A DNA stretch of 63,633 nucleotides, the filler included, from Squatina squatina (Eukaryota): assembly GCA_031763465.1 (NCBI GenBank). It is 3 parts of 3 records of this genome, joined end to end, with 100 filler letters (N's around TTAATTAATTAA, not from the genome) between each part and the next. Parts side by side here need not be neighbours in the genome. Positions count along the whole stretch, not along the records: positions 1 to 31,702 come from JARFOE010000189.1; positions 31,803 to 51,918 come from JARFOE010000004.1; 1 more part is not named here. One strand, given 5' to 3'. Under the pieces are notes generated by a model. It was not told the DNA's origin and did not search any database. It worked only from the letters and a program-made list of their open reading frames with translations. Each line of letters begins with the position of its first letter. The first letter of the stretch is position 1. Shown in pieces: positions 23,786-36,304 of this stretch. The position numbers and the translations under genes were made by a program.

Positions 23786-26700
23786 GGGGTGGAAAAAAAA
23801 CAATTTTTAGCATTTTCTGTTTTTTTTCATATTGCCAGCATCNNNNNNNNNNNNNNNNNNNNNNNNNNNNNNNNNNNNNNNNNNNNNNNNNNNNNNNNNN
23901 NNNNNNNNNNNNNNNNNNNNNNNNNNNNNNNNNNNNNNNNNNAAACAGTTAAACTTGTTAAAAAGGGACATAGAACAGCCCTGGTCTGATTCTGTGGTGG
24001 AAGAGTGTGTGTACCAGTGACCTGTTCTGCTAGTTAAGGTACTGGTAAGCTCAGCAATTATTCTTAACTACATGCGTGGAAAATGAAGCCATCTCAATAA
24101 AAAAAGATTGTCCTTGACATCTTAGTTGCTCAGATAGCACAGACTGTCATGTAGCAATGACCAATCTGTTGGTCTCAGAATTCAAACTGGCAAAACGTTT
24201 TTCTGCCCCTTGAGCTTTCTACTCAAGTTACGTATTCAAATTCTTATACCAGGGCCCCTTCTGGAAGTAACACACACTCCATCCGGTTAATAGATGAAAC
24301 CCCATAATTGCAGACAGTCCCTGATCAATCTTCGAAGTCTATGTGCTTGCTGCAAACTATCGCTGAGGAAATCCCTGTCCTAATAAGGCTGTCTCTAATT
24401 TGCATTTGTGAATTTTGCCTATTGTTCAGCAAATATGATAATACCGGAATGGGTGGGGGTGGGGCAGAAGAAACGGGGAGATTTTGAGGATTAAACTTTT
24501 TGAGGAGGATAATATAACATTTTCTAATTTTATGTATTTCTCAGTGATATTGTATTTTAACGCTGTTATTTTAAGTACAGCTGTAACTTGGATGGCATGT
24601 ATCTTTTTCAAGCAGTTCCTTCTACAATCCCTTTTTTAAAAAAAAAAACTTGGTAGCTAAGTTCATCCTGGAGTGCATGTGTTTTTGTGTTGGTAAAGCG
24701 TAAACGATCGTGATCCTTTTAACATGCAGTTTATTTGGCTGTAGATATTCTGTCTATGGTTATTAAGTTCATATTGTTGCTGTGTTATCAACTATTTGCA
24801 GCTTTTATATTTTTCATTAGTCAAGAGGCAAATAAAGAAACTAGTATTTTGTCATAGTCCATACTGTATATGTAATTCAGATGCAGACTGTCTTGTTCAT
24901 GGAATAAAGACTCTTTTTAATAGAANNNNNNNNNNNNNNNNNNNNNNNNNNNNNNNNNNNNNNNNNNNNNNNNNNNNNNNNNNNNNNNNNNNNNNNNNNN
25001 NNNNNNNNNNNNNNNNNNNNNNNNNCTTTCTTTCTCGAAACCTCTGTTTAACCGAGCCTTCGGGCACCTCTCTTAACTCATCTCCCATTTGGCGTCCGCT
25101 CCGCTCCTTTTGTGAAGAACCTTGGTACGTTTTGCTACATGAAAGACTCTAGCAAAGGGCAGGCTGTTCCTGCAGGTAGAAACCTGTGTTTCACAGTAAG
25201 TGCAATAACTCAAGAGCACAAATTGTAAGAATGGCTACAGTCCAAGCAGGCAGTGGTACAAACCTCAAAAGGAAAAAAAAAACTAATTTACTGACATATC
25301 GCTGTTTCAAACCCTTTGCAATTTTACACTCAGATCAGATTGCTGATAGCTGTGTCATACTATTAAATATGCATGTACTTTGACAAGCACCTACTCTGTC
25401 ATCACCCTGGGTTTAACTGTGATCAAGGCAAAGCCAGCTTTAGGTTTTTTTTTTGGGTCCTTTCACATGCAGTGCTGCGTTAAGGATTAAATTAACGCAG
25501 AAAATGAAGTACATTATAATCCTGCACGGCTATCAAGGAGTTCTGGAACAATCTGTCCTGTGCATTAATCATGTGTCAGCATCAGATGGGTTTAGATCAA
25601 GGTCGGAAAGTGAGTTGATCTGCCATCTTCCAAACTTCCTCCCCCCTCACCCTGCCCCTTCATCACATCCTTCCAGCAAAAACAGCACCAACCAATCGAA
25701 ATGCATTTCAAAAAGCGCCTCGGAGAGCCATCTCCATCAGCAAAAGAATGCATGGATTAGCCAGAGTTTAAAGTTGGATTACTTCTCAATTTAAGGCTCG
25801 GAAAAATATTGTGTTGGCAGGTCGGTATTCTAATTCCACAGTTAGTTGGTTAATCTGCATGTNNNNNNNNNNNNNNNNNNNNNNNNNNNNNNNNNNNNNN
25901 NNNNNNNNNNNNNNNNNNNNNNNNNNNNNNNNNNNNNNNNNNNNNNNNNNNNNNNNNNNNNNCCCTTGATGAAACAAACTTCGTTATAACATGCAGATCA
26001 GCAGATCCATCGGCACCATTTGTAAATGAATTATCTTTCATTCTTTTGCCCAGTTATAACAAACTGCGCGGCTGTAGTTTTTTTTTTAAACCATTCACAG
26101 AATATCCTATTGCCACCAACATTGCCCGGATGCAGAACTGAAAACAAAAAAACAAAAAAAATGGATGAAACATATTTTCCAGCAGTCGGTGGTGAAGGAA
26201 TAAAGTCAGAATTGGAGCTCAAACCTCAGCAAGTTGAAGCCCCCCCACACCCCCCCCACCCCCCCACCACTGACAAAAACCACCACGGGTTAGTAATAAT
26301 GAGGTTCCACTGTAATAGCCCATTAAACACAACAGGCCTGAAAAGATGTTTGTTCGACAAACAGATCTTCAACCCTTTGAGCATTATTGTAACACATCCC
26401 TCCCACCCCCACCAATTTATAGAAATTAAAAACAAGATTCCCAAATACTCCAGTTTTTTTTCTACAGAATACTGATTAAGAAATGTTCATGTTATGCATT
26501 AAGCATATTCCCAATTATTTATCAATATATAGTTTACAGGACAGCATTTGCCAAACCTAAAATAATCTGTCTTTCTTCTAGCTGGCCNNNNNNNNNNNNN
26601 NNNNNNNNNNNNNNNNNNNNNNNNNNNNNNNNNNNNNNNNNNNNNNNNNNNNNNNNNNNNNNNNNNNNNNNNNNNNNNNNNNNNNNNNNNNNNNNNNNNN

Positions 26701-27355
26701 NNNNNNNNNNNNNNNNNNNNNNNNNNNNNNNNNNNNNNNNNNNNNNNNNNNNNNNNNNNNNNNNNNNNNNNNNNNNNNNNNNNNNNNNNNNNNNNNNNNN
26801 NNNNNNNNNNNNNNNNNNNNNNNNNNNNNNNNNNNNNNNNNNNNNNNNNNNNNNNNNNNNNNNNNNNNNNNNNNNNNNNNNNNNNNNNNNNNNNNNNNNN
26901 NNNNNNNNNNNNNNNNNNNNNNNNNNNNNNNNNNNNNNNNNNNNNNNNNNNNNNNNNNNNNNNNNNNNNNNNNNNNNNNNNNNNNNNNNNNNNNNNNNNN
27001 NNNNNNNNNNNNNNNNNNNNNNNNNNNNNNNNNNNNNNNNNNNNNNNNNNNNNNNNNNNNNNNNNNNNNNNNNNNNNNNNNNNNNNNNNNNNNNNNNNNN
27101 NNNNNNNNNNNNNNNNNNNNNNNNNNNNNNNNNNNNNNNNNNNNNNNNNNNNNNNNNNNNNNNNNNNNNNNNNNNNNNNNNNNNNNNNNNCATTCGTGAA
27201 TGGATTACTAAAACCAGCACTGGAATTCAATTGCACAAAAAGTTTACATCATGTGCGGAATGTATTTTCTAACTTTTTTTTTTAAGCAAATGATTTGAAA
27301 TTAACATTTACAGAAAGAAGAAAATTTTTTTAAAAAATGAGAAAATGCACACTGT

Positions 27356-28026
27356 TCAAAATGTATGATAGACAGAATTTAGAAGATTAGCTTGCGGTGT
27401 AGTGTTCAGTGAAGGATTGGCCATATATCCTGCAGTTATCTTGCCTGCAGTGTTGTTGTGAGATGCCGATCCCATTCCGTACGATATTAGGGACTGAGGT
27501 ACCGAGGGAGCAGGTGGAAGAGCATGTGCGTATTCCTGCGATGTCACAGACCATGGGAAAGTGCCCGATCTGCTGTATGGCTGGTGTCCATTGTGGTTCG
27601 AAACAGAAGGCACGCCAGAACAGTAACAGTTATCCACGGAGCAGACGAGGATTTTGCGCCCACCGTAGCCGACTGACTGGGAAAGTACAGACTGCTGGGA
27701 AGGCGTGCCGTTGGGATAGTGAGTTGTATTGAAGACTGGACCCGTGTGGACGGGCTGCGGACCGCTGGTCAGTCCCACAATGTGCTGGGAAGAGCTGCAG
27801 GGCACAAGGGACNNNNNNNNNNNNNNNNCTACGACAGGACCGCCCTGGCCCATAAACTGGCTGGCAACATTCCCAGCTGTTACTTCCAGGAAGCCATTGT
27901 CCACAGCAGATGTTGTGGGCATAGGGAAAGCAGTGGAGTGCTTACGTTTTTCTCCAGTAGCATTGGAAATGTTGCAGGTGTAAGCAGGAACGCTCTGCAG
28001 AAACGGTACGGGAGTGCTTATTGTTC
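27356..28026 (-). CDS. TRIM8: E3 ubiquitin ligase TRIM8, last coding exon
   Basis: ccaacag|GA ACA ATA: (G)TISTPVPFLQSVPAY...EKRKHSTAFP...YGGRKILVCSVDNCYCS..NHNGHQPY.RSG.FPW.V.SQEY.H.LPP.PSVPQSL matches recalled TRIM8; tail-to-tail with ARL3; 16-N gap inside the exon. Confidence 0.95.
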
Positions 28027-28380
28027 CTGTTGGATGTACAGCAAAGAAACAGGTTACACCAGGAATCTACAATTACTGCAAACACATGCACAAAAGTAGT
28101 TTTGCCAGTTATCCACTGGACTGGATTTGCATGGTTGAAAACAAAACATTTGATTTGTTTAAGCTTCTGTTCCTCCTCAAAAACTTTTCAACACAAGACA
28201 CAGGCTTTTGTCCAAGTTACACAAGCAGTTTTTCTTGCTCACATGTAAAAGTCCAAGGAACCTATTAAAACACTCGGCATTAACAACTATGGAAACATTG
28301 TAGCATGAGTGGTTGTACTTTCCTGGCACATTAGGACCACATTCTACCAAATCCTAGATTTACTAAAGACTACTGATCCC

Positions 28381-28420
28381 CACCTGAATGTAGGAGCTCC
28401 CACCTGAATGTAGGAGCTCC
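28381..28420. repeat. Perfect 20-bp tandem duplication
   Basis: cacctgaatgtaggagctcc x2. Confidence 0.9.
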
Positions 28421-28924
28421 CTTGAGCTTTCCCAGTTTCATCACTCACCAGCACTTTACAACATGAATACTTAAGTGAAGGCGCTCTGAAGTGAAGCAAG
28501 TTACCAGTTTACAGTGGCCAGTCGGGCTTACAATCAGCACCTGCTAGACTCACCAATACTTTGATGCTGATTTCAATTTTAAATGGTGCTGCTGGGTGCA
28601 GTGGGCACTTACTGACTGCAAGACCAGCTTCTTTCACTGTTAGGCACATGGAGAGAGTTAGAGAAATATCGCTTTAAAAACAGTGCAAGTGCAAAAACAG
28701 TCTTTCAGTACACGGGCACGTCACTGAATTTGAAGTCTACCAAAAAAAAAATCTTCCACTTTAGTAGAGCTAGCAGTCTACTGTAAATGGCATTTTTATA
28801 TGTAGTACTCATTATACTATAGTACTTTCACAAGGGAAAAACTGGTAAAATGACTGTACTGTATTATTAGATGAACTGACACTTAACCAACTTTACAGCT
28901 CCCAATTTTTGCTTTTTGTTTGCT

Positions 28925-29265
28925 CTCAAGATGTGGACCACACAATCAAGGCTGTATTTAATGCCTATCCCTACCTGCCCCAAGAAGTTGATGGTGATTA
29001 TTTTTACAACTGCGTGGTTTTCCAGGCACTAATAGCCAACCATGTAATGTGGGACTGGAGTCACATATAGGTCAGACCAGGTTAGTTGAGAGACATTAGT
29101 GAATCAGATGGGTTTTTACAATCAAACAACTTTCATGGTCAGTTTTCCTGGTGTCAGGCTACAAATTAACAGATTTATTGCATTCAAATTTCACAATTTG
29201 TCCTGGTGGGATGTGAACTCGCACCCTCTGGGCTGCTAGCCCAGTACCGTATCACTATATTACCA
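28925..29265 (-). mobile_element. tRNA-derived SINE, diverged copy
   Basis: Collinear with 17120-17535 (ctggagtcacat.tagg.cagacc, gacattagtgaa.cagatgggtttttacaa). Confidence 0.7.
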
Positions 29266-30834
29266 TATCAATCATACAGTGGGATGCAGGTGAAAAATTA
29301 ATAAAGGTTACCAATAAAAACAAACAGTCACGCAAGCAAAAGTGTTTGAACTAATATTGATGATAGGCCGAAATGGCTGCCTTCAACACTGATCACAGAA
29401 AGTTGCTACAAGATGACCTGCTTTTGCATTTGGGAGGGGAACAAAATCTGGTTGATTTTTTTTTATACTTGCATTGTTTAGNNNNNNNNNNNNNNNNNNN
29501 NNNNNNNNNNNNNNNNNNNNNNNNNNNNNNNNNNNNNNNNNNNNNNNNNNNNNNNNNNNNNNNNNNNNNNNNNNNNNNNNNCTGGTGAAGACACAGATTT
29601 ACCCCATAAGTTTAGCGTCAGTGTGAAGCTGAAATCTTGACGCACTGGTGCTAGAGTTGGAGCACCAATTGGTCCAAACTGACTGAGGAGACCTCATCCT
29701 TCAGGAACTCGCACTCTGCTGTCAGATCCTGCCCCAAATCCAGCTTCAGGCTGCAGTCACGCTATAAACTGCACTACTACTGAAGCCACTTTGCAGTTGT
29801 AGTGTGAATGCGCCCTCCTACCTGCACCTGGAATATGATGCTCTCCTGGCTTCACCTTAAGGAGCGTAAAAAGTATAATTATGGAGAAAGAGAGCACAAT
29901 TTAGAGCAGAGAGACGGCACATGATTTTTGAATTACTAAAGAAGGTTTCTTTTTAAAGCAACACTTTAGTTTAACCGTTCAACGATCATACACAAACATG
30001 AGAACTGGCAAACATTTTACAGTTAAATATCCACTTGTAAAATTTTAAATTGTAAGATTCTTTGGATTTTTAAATGAGGGAGAAAAAAATCATATTTTTT
30101 TTACACCGATCAAACAGAGCAGCCTCTAACCTGGTCACATCCAGTCAAGAATGGTTGTCAATCAGACAACTAGCAGGATGAAACAACTCCATGAACATCC
30201 CCATCTTCAATCATAGGGGAGCCCAGAACGCGAGTGCAAGATATGAGGCTGTTTGTCGTCCATTACTAATTTTTTTAATTTACTGAAGAGAAATGCAAGA
30301 TCTACATCTGGATTCCTAGTTCACATATAAACATATAAACCACTGGATAGGCCTCAGATTCAATGGTAACTTTCAAAAAGGAAGTGGATAAATGTTTGAA
30401 GGGAAAAAATTTACATGGCTATGAGGAAAAGCAGGGAAGTGGAACTAATTGGATAGCTCTACCAAAGAGCTGGCATTGGCAGGATGGGCTGAATGACCTC
30501 TTTCTGTGCTTGTAAGTTTCTATCATTCTATAATTCCACGATAGTCAAAATCTTTGATTATTTAGCGACACACTTTTTCAGCATTTGTCAGCAAATATCA
30601 GCAAACTCCCTGGCAACTGGACTCCCAAGACTGTGTAGCACGGATGGTGTTTTATGCTTTTCTGACAAGGGGCTGTAGCAGCACAAAGTAGTGCATTTCC
30701 TCAAGAGGAATTGAAGAACCACTAAGACTGTTCTCAAATTAAATGGAGGAAGCTCATGTTTCATTTTACTTCTGTGGTTGAAATATTCTTTACAGTTATC
30801 CCCTGTACATCAATCTATTTTCATATAGGTTGGG

Positions 30835-31702
30835 AAATCAGAAAGGTAGCGAATTTCATGAGTGCATTCAAGATAGTTTTCTGAAGCAATACGTTGTAGA
30901 ACCAACAAGAGGGCAGGCCATACCAGATTTAGTAATGCGTAGTGATCCAGACTTAGTTAATAATCTAACAGTAAAGGAACATTTATCTAACAGCAATCAT
31001 AATATGATCGAATTTAATGTTAGGTTTGAAAAGGAGAAACTTTACCAGTTACCAAGATTCTAGATTTTAGTAAGACTAACTTTAATGGGATGAGACAGAG
31101 ACAACAACACACTGGTCAAAGCTGGTATCAGGTAAAACTACAGATGAACAGTGAGAGGTGTTCTCAAAACAATTTACCTTCATACAGGACCAGTATATGC
31201 CCCTAAAGGGCAAGAGGTCCATTTACCAAATAAAATAACCGTGTTTGACAAAAGAGGTGAGAGATAACATAATACCAAAGCAAAGAGCATACAAAAATAC
31301 AAAGAATAGTGTAGATCCAGGGGACTGGGAGAGATAAAGAACAGCAAAGGAAGACAAAAAAGACAGCAAGAGCTACAAAAACAGAATACAGAAAGAAACT
31401 TGTGAGAGGTATCAGGATTAACACAATAAGCTTTTACAATTGGGCCAGAAGGAATGTGGGCCCTTTGAAAACAGCGACGGGTAATAGTGAAAATGAAAAT
31501 AATGAAATGGCAGATTATTGATCACAGTAGAGGAAGAGGAACTAGTAATGAACCAAGGACTGGAACTCATTAAACTTAACGTAAGCAAGAAAACAGTAGA
31601 ATAAAAAATAATGGCTCTAAAGACTGACAAATTTCCAGGACCTGAGGGTTTACACCCCAGCAATTTAACGGAAGTAGGTGTGGAAATTGCAGATGCTTTA
31701 AT
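30835..31702 (+). mobile_element. CR1 LINE ORF2 fragment (endonuclease end to pre-RT region), degenerate
   Basis: FHECIQDSFLKQYVVEPTRGQAIPDLV..EHLSNSNHNMIEF and a later K.PGP.GLHP motif; stops and frameshifts. Confidence 0.85.
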
Positions 31703-31802
31703 NNNNNNNNNNNNNNNNNNNNNNNNNNNNNNNNNNNNNNNNNNNNTTAATTAATTAANNNNNNNNNNNNNNNNNNNNNNNNNNNNNNNNNNNNNNNNNN
31801 NN
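31703..31802. other. Artificial scaffold linker N44-TTAATTAATTAA-N44
   Basis: A 12-mer with stops in all six frames, centred in a 100-nt N run; gene neighbourhoods differ on either side. Confidence 0.95.
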
Positions 31803-32018
31803 TGCAAACAGGTTCCAGCACTTAACCAAGTGGCAGCAAATACATTTGAGATACTACAGCCCACCTACTCAGTGATGATATTTGTGTCCCTCCCTGCTTG
31901 GTTATTAACAGCTGAAAAGATGATAAATGGGCCTCAGTGATAAGAACAATGTGGCTCTGATGCTGAATGTGCTAATTGTTTTTTCTCTGGAGGGGGAATT
32001 TTCCATTTATAATCTCAC

Positions 32019-32089
32019 CTTCTTCAGCAAAGCCTGGTCTTCTGGGACTGGGCACTGTTCCACTGCTTTCCAGAACTCTTCTAAGGTCA
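32019..32089 (-). CDS. ACOXL: Acyl-CoA oxidase-like, internal exon near the C-terminus (71 bp)
   Basis: Not in the ORF track. gtttgcag|(V)TLEEFWKAVEQCPVPEDQALLKK|gtgaga vs recalled human [24 protein letters not shown]. Confidence 0.88.
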
Positions 32090-34042
32090 CTGCAAACAAG
32101 CAAAAAGATGAAAGAGCTTCATATCTTCAGGAATTATTTTTCTCCTTTCATTGAGATTCTACATGCCTGTGATCTACACTTCACTATTTTCAGAAAAAAT
32201 ACATGTTCGGTTTCTTTGACATATAGCTATAAACCTTCTCAAAATCCATCTGTTCAGTCACCTCTCCGAATTCTCGCACCATGTCGAGAAGTCTGTTCTT
32301 TTATCTTCATATTATTTTCTTTCCTACCCCTTGTGTAAAGTTCCTTGGGACAGTTTCCACGTGGTATAAAAGCAGATTGTTATTGGGGGGCAGGGTGTGG
32401 GGGGGGAAAAGAGATGGAGCCTCGTTTTAATGTCTCATCTGAAAGACGGCCCCTCTGACAGTGCNNNNNNNNNNNNNNNNNNNNNNNNNNNNNNNNNNNN
32501 NNNNNNNNNNNNNNNNNNNNNNNNNNNNNNNNNNNNNNNNNNNNNNNNNNNNNNNNNNNNNNNNGATTTCCAGCATCCTTAATATTTTGCTTGAGTCTTG
32601 AGAATTTATAGAGATGTTCAAAATTATGAGGCAATTTTGAAAGAGGACGACAAGGCCATGGGAGAAGCGAAGAATTAGTTTAAGAACACTCTTCTAGTTT
32701 GTAACTTTACATATTCTGTGGTTTTCCCTCCTGTCTTGAAGTATATGCAAAGCATTAAACCTAAAGATCAAAACCTCACAGATTTACACATAATCCTCTC
32801 AAGGTGCGAACTGCTGCTTCAGAGGGATTGGAGCTCAGTGCATATGAATGGAGGAGGCACAATGAACAGAAGCACAGAGTCTTCTGCTGCAGCTGAAGAT
32901 AATTGTCCAGCAAGGCTTGCTGCCACTCTAAAGCTGCTTTTATAACGATACACGACCCATGCTAGCGGTGCCTGTTCTGGACTCAAGTGTCCTGTGCAGC
33001 CGGAAAGAACGTGAAGGTTAATCCGATGGGATTTGTTTAGGGTTGCTAAATTCTACCACCCCTACCAAGACTGATATTAGCTAACTAAGCCCAGACTACA
33101 AAGTGAACCTGGAACCTTCTGGTCCGTAGAGCTCAGTGTTACACTAGAAGATGCCTTTACCATCTAAGTGTACGGTGTATTTTTATAAAGTGAGGAACTT
33201 GATCATCGGTGCTTTGTTCAAGCAGCAGGATTAGTGATAAATTTTCATCGCACGGACAAGTGGCCAGATTTTTTTCGTCAGCTTTTACAGAGGGATCCTG
33301 TCCTGCCTTGAACAATACAAGTTAAATTACCACAAAAAAACAATTCAATACAAATCAGAGGAAAGGGTCACCAAAGTGTACGGTGTGCTGATCAAATTGC
33401 GTCTTGAGTAGTGAGCCCAGTCCAAGTCACCGAGACATAAGGGCCACATTCAAGAAATGAAGACAATGCAGAAAAGAGTCACAGGGCTGATCCCCAACAT
33501 CAAGAGTTATGAGGGAACACTGGAGGAATATNNNNNNNNNNNNNNNNNNNNNNNNNNNNNNNNNNNNNNNNNNNNNNNNNNNNNNNNNNNNNNNNNNNNN
33601 NNNNNNNNNNNNNNNNNNNNNNNNNNNNNNNTACCCTAAACTTTGCGCACCGTAATTTTAAAGCCAAAGACCTTATTACCTTATCTAGTTGGTATTACTT
33701 TACTGTGTTTTACAGTGCTGGTGACAAGTTGAAACAGTGCAGCCTAGTTCAAGAGACAACTTTTATCATTCATAGAAGAGATGACTCAGTATCACAAGGC
33801 CACTTGATGATTTCATATAGTGCTGTGCTTGTGAAACAATGTGAAGATAATTTATACATACAGCATCTGAACCACAGAAGCTATTGCTCTCTCGCTGGGA
33901 AAACCCTTTGGCATTGGCTCGAAAGTCACTTGTGTGCCTACGCCGTGGTTCGCTTGCTGTAAACTGACTACTGTGCCCACATACAATCATTTAAAGAAAA
34001 AAATAATCACAGCTAGAAAGTTATTACTAGCTCCATGCCATG

Positions 34043-34368
34043 TCAGCGTGGCTCAGTGGTAGAACTCTCGCCCCGAAGTCAGAAGGTTGCAGGTTCAAGT
34101 CCCACTCAAGAGGTTTGAGCACAAAGTCTAGGCTGACACTCCAGTGCAGCACTGAGNNNNNNNNNNGTAAACGATCCCAAGGCACTATATCAAAGGAGAA
34201 CTGGGGAGATATCCCCGGTGTCCTGGCCAATATTTATCCCTCAACCAACATCACAAATGGTCATTATCTCATTGCTGTTTGTGGGAGGTTGCTGTACGGA
34301 ATTTAGCTGCTGTGTTTCCTACATTACAACAGTGACTACACTCAAGTACTTCATTGGCTGTAAAGCGC
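34043..34368 (+). mobile_element. DeuSINE-like SINE with tRNA-derived head
   Basis: A box tggctcagtgg, B box ggttcaagtcc, then Deu-domain sequence shared with 13760-14090. Confidence 0.82.
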
Positions 34369-34583
34369 ACAGGAACAGGAATAGGTTATTCAGCCAAAAG
34401 AGGCTTGATAGGCATGATGACCCTTTATCTTTTCCAATCCCATTCACATCCTTATGTCTGTATCCCTTAATACATTTACTTCCNNNNNNNNNNNNNNNNN
34501 NNNNNNNNNNNNNNNNNNNNNNNNNNNNNNNNNNNNNNNNNNNNNNNNNNNNNNNNNNNNNNNNNNNNNNNNNNNNNNNNNNN

Positions 34584-34975
34584 AGGGCTCTTTTCTCTCA
34601 AAAAAAAGACTGAGAGGTGACCTGATTGAGGTCATAAGATTATGAAAGGGTTTGATAGAGTAGACGTAGAGAAGATGTTTCCACTCGCGGGGCAGACCAG
34701 AACTAGGGGCCACAAATATAAGCCAGTCACTAATAAATCCAATAGGGCATTCAGGAGAAACTTCTTTACCCAGAGAGTGGTCAGAGTAGCCAGCAGAAGG
34801 AGTAGTTGATGCGACTAGCATAGATGCGTTCAAGGGCAAGCTGGATAACCACATGAGGGAGAAAGGAATAGAAGGTTATGGTGATGGGGTTGGATGAAGA
34901 AGGATTGGGAGGAGCTCGTGTGGAGTACCGGCATGAACCAGTTGGCTTGTTTGTGTGCTGCTAATGCGATGTAAT
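34584..34975 (+). mobile_element. CR1 LINE 3' end
   Basis: KRLRGDLIEV, MKGFDRVD.EKMFP, RNFFTQRVV motifs plus 3' UTR. Confidence 0.85.
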
Positions 34976-36187
34976 GCAACAATAATTCCACTGCCTTACT
35001 CTGCCTCCTTAATTCCTTTGCTTCAAATCTTTATCCATTTTCCCCTTTCAATTCTGTATCCCCACCATAAATAGACCCTGTTACACAGTGACATTTTCTG
35101 AGAGCTGCAAATAACATTCAGTGCGCCAACAGCTAATGTGCTAAGAGCATTATAAGATGCAGTAGTTTCAGTTAAAAGTGCAATGGAACAGCAGCAGGAC
35201 TGGAAATAAAACTACAGATGCCACAAGAATACAGAAAGCACTTCAGGATTAAGTAACAAATAGTGTCAGCATAAAAAGACAACACAAATTACATCGGCAA
35301 TAAAGAGGAACTTAAGTCCCGTTTAAAGCACGCAAACTGATGGCACTTTGCCTGCAAAACAGGAATTTAAGCAGCATTCTTCCTGGCTGGAGTTGTATTT
35401 AAATTAACGAGCTTCACATGATGTCAGCATGAAAATGTTTCACACGACACTTTTCTCTAATATTCAGTCAGTGCATCTACCTTCTATTTTTCACAATGAC
35501 AGAAGTTTTACTAGTTTTTAGTGCTCACCTATTTTATATTCAGCCTCACTTGCATGTGTATTTTAATTATAATTAGCATAAATTATTCCCGCATTCCCCA
35601 AATGTTCTGTTCTGTTATCTGATTTCACCTGAAGGCATTGACTCACAGTGGGAGGACTGTTCAATAAACAGTGGGAAGCCTCCTCTTCCCCCCCCTCCCT
35701 CCCCTCCCTCTATACTTTATGTGGGACTCTAGACAGCAAGTGCTAGTAGACTGTTCAACCTTGTAAAGATTCAAAGCTACACCCAATGTCCACAGGTACA
35801 ACAATAAATTTATAATCCTGCTCTTTGTATCGGCAGACAACTGTGAGCGCTTTACAAGGAGTGGACATTGAGCAGAAGACAGAACAGAGATAGACAGAAN
35901 NNNNNNNNNNNNNNNNNNNNNNNNNNNNNNNNNNNNNNNNNNNNNNNNNNNNNNNNNNNNNNNNNNNNNNNNNNNNNNNNNNNNNNNNNNNNNNNNNNNA
36001 ACATTTGCAAGAATTCATGGGACTGAGTCAAGTACCATCCTTGCGATGGTGCTCACACCTGTTAATATTTCTCGGACACAGAAAAGCTAGAGCCCCTGAT
36101 TTATAGCAAATGCAGCTCAGCATCCATATAGTTTTTAAACATCTTGTTTCACATTGTGGATGACGAAAAATGAAACCAGTTTCCTAC

Positions 36188-36304
36188 CTGCTTGTAAAAG
36201 TCAGTGCGAGTGAAGCAGCGAGGTGAGGCATAAGGCGAAGGTACTGGGTCTGGTGCTCAATGATTTTCACCTCTTCTTTGTCTTTAGGTCCAAACTGCCT
36301 CCGG
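36188..36304 (-). CDS. ACOXL: ACOXL internal exon (117 bp)
   Basis: Not in the ORF track. gtattag|(S)[38 protein letters not shown](R)|gtagga; acyl-CoA oxidase RRQFG motif, near-identical to recalled human ACOXL. Confidence 0.95.

Noticed and set aside
27475-27500. Programmed -1 ribosomal frameshift as the explanation for the TRIM8 dual frame
   Set aside because: No canonical X XXY YYZ slippery heptamer at the junction (TCC CTA ATA TCG); a genomic indel is simpler
34043-34115. tRNA-like A and B boxes
   Set aside because: Continues directly into a Deu domain, so it is a SINE head and not a tRNA gene
35755-35880. YKFIVVPVDIG resembling the ACOXL FIVPVRD motif
   Set aside because: Flanking residues do not align and no fitting splice sites were found; probably chance
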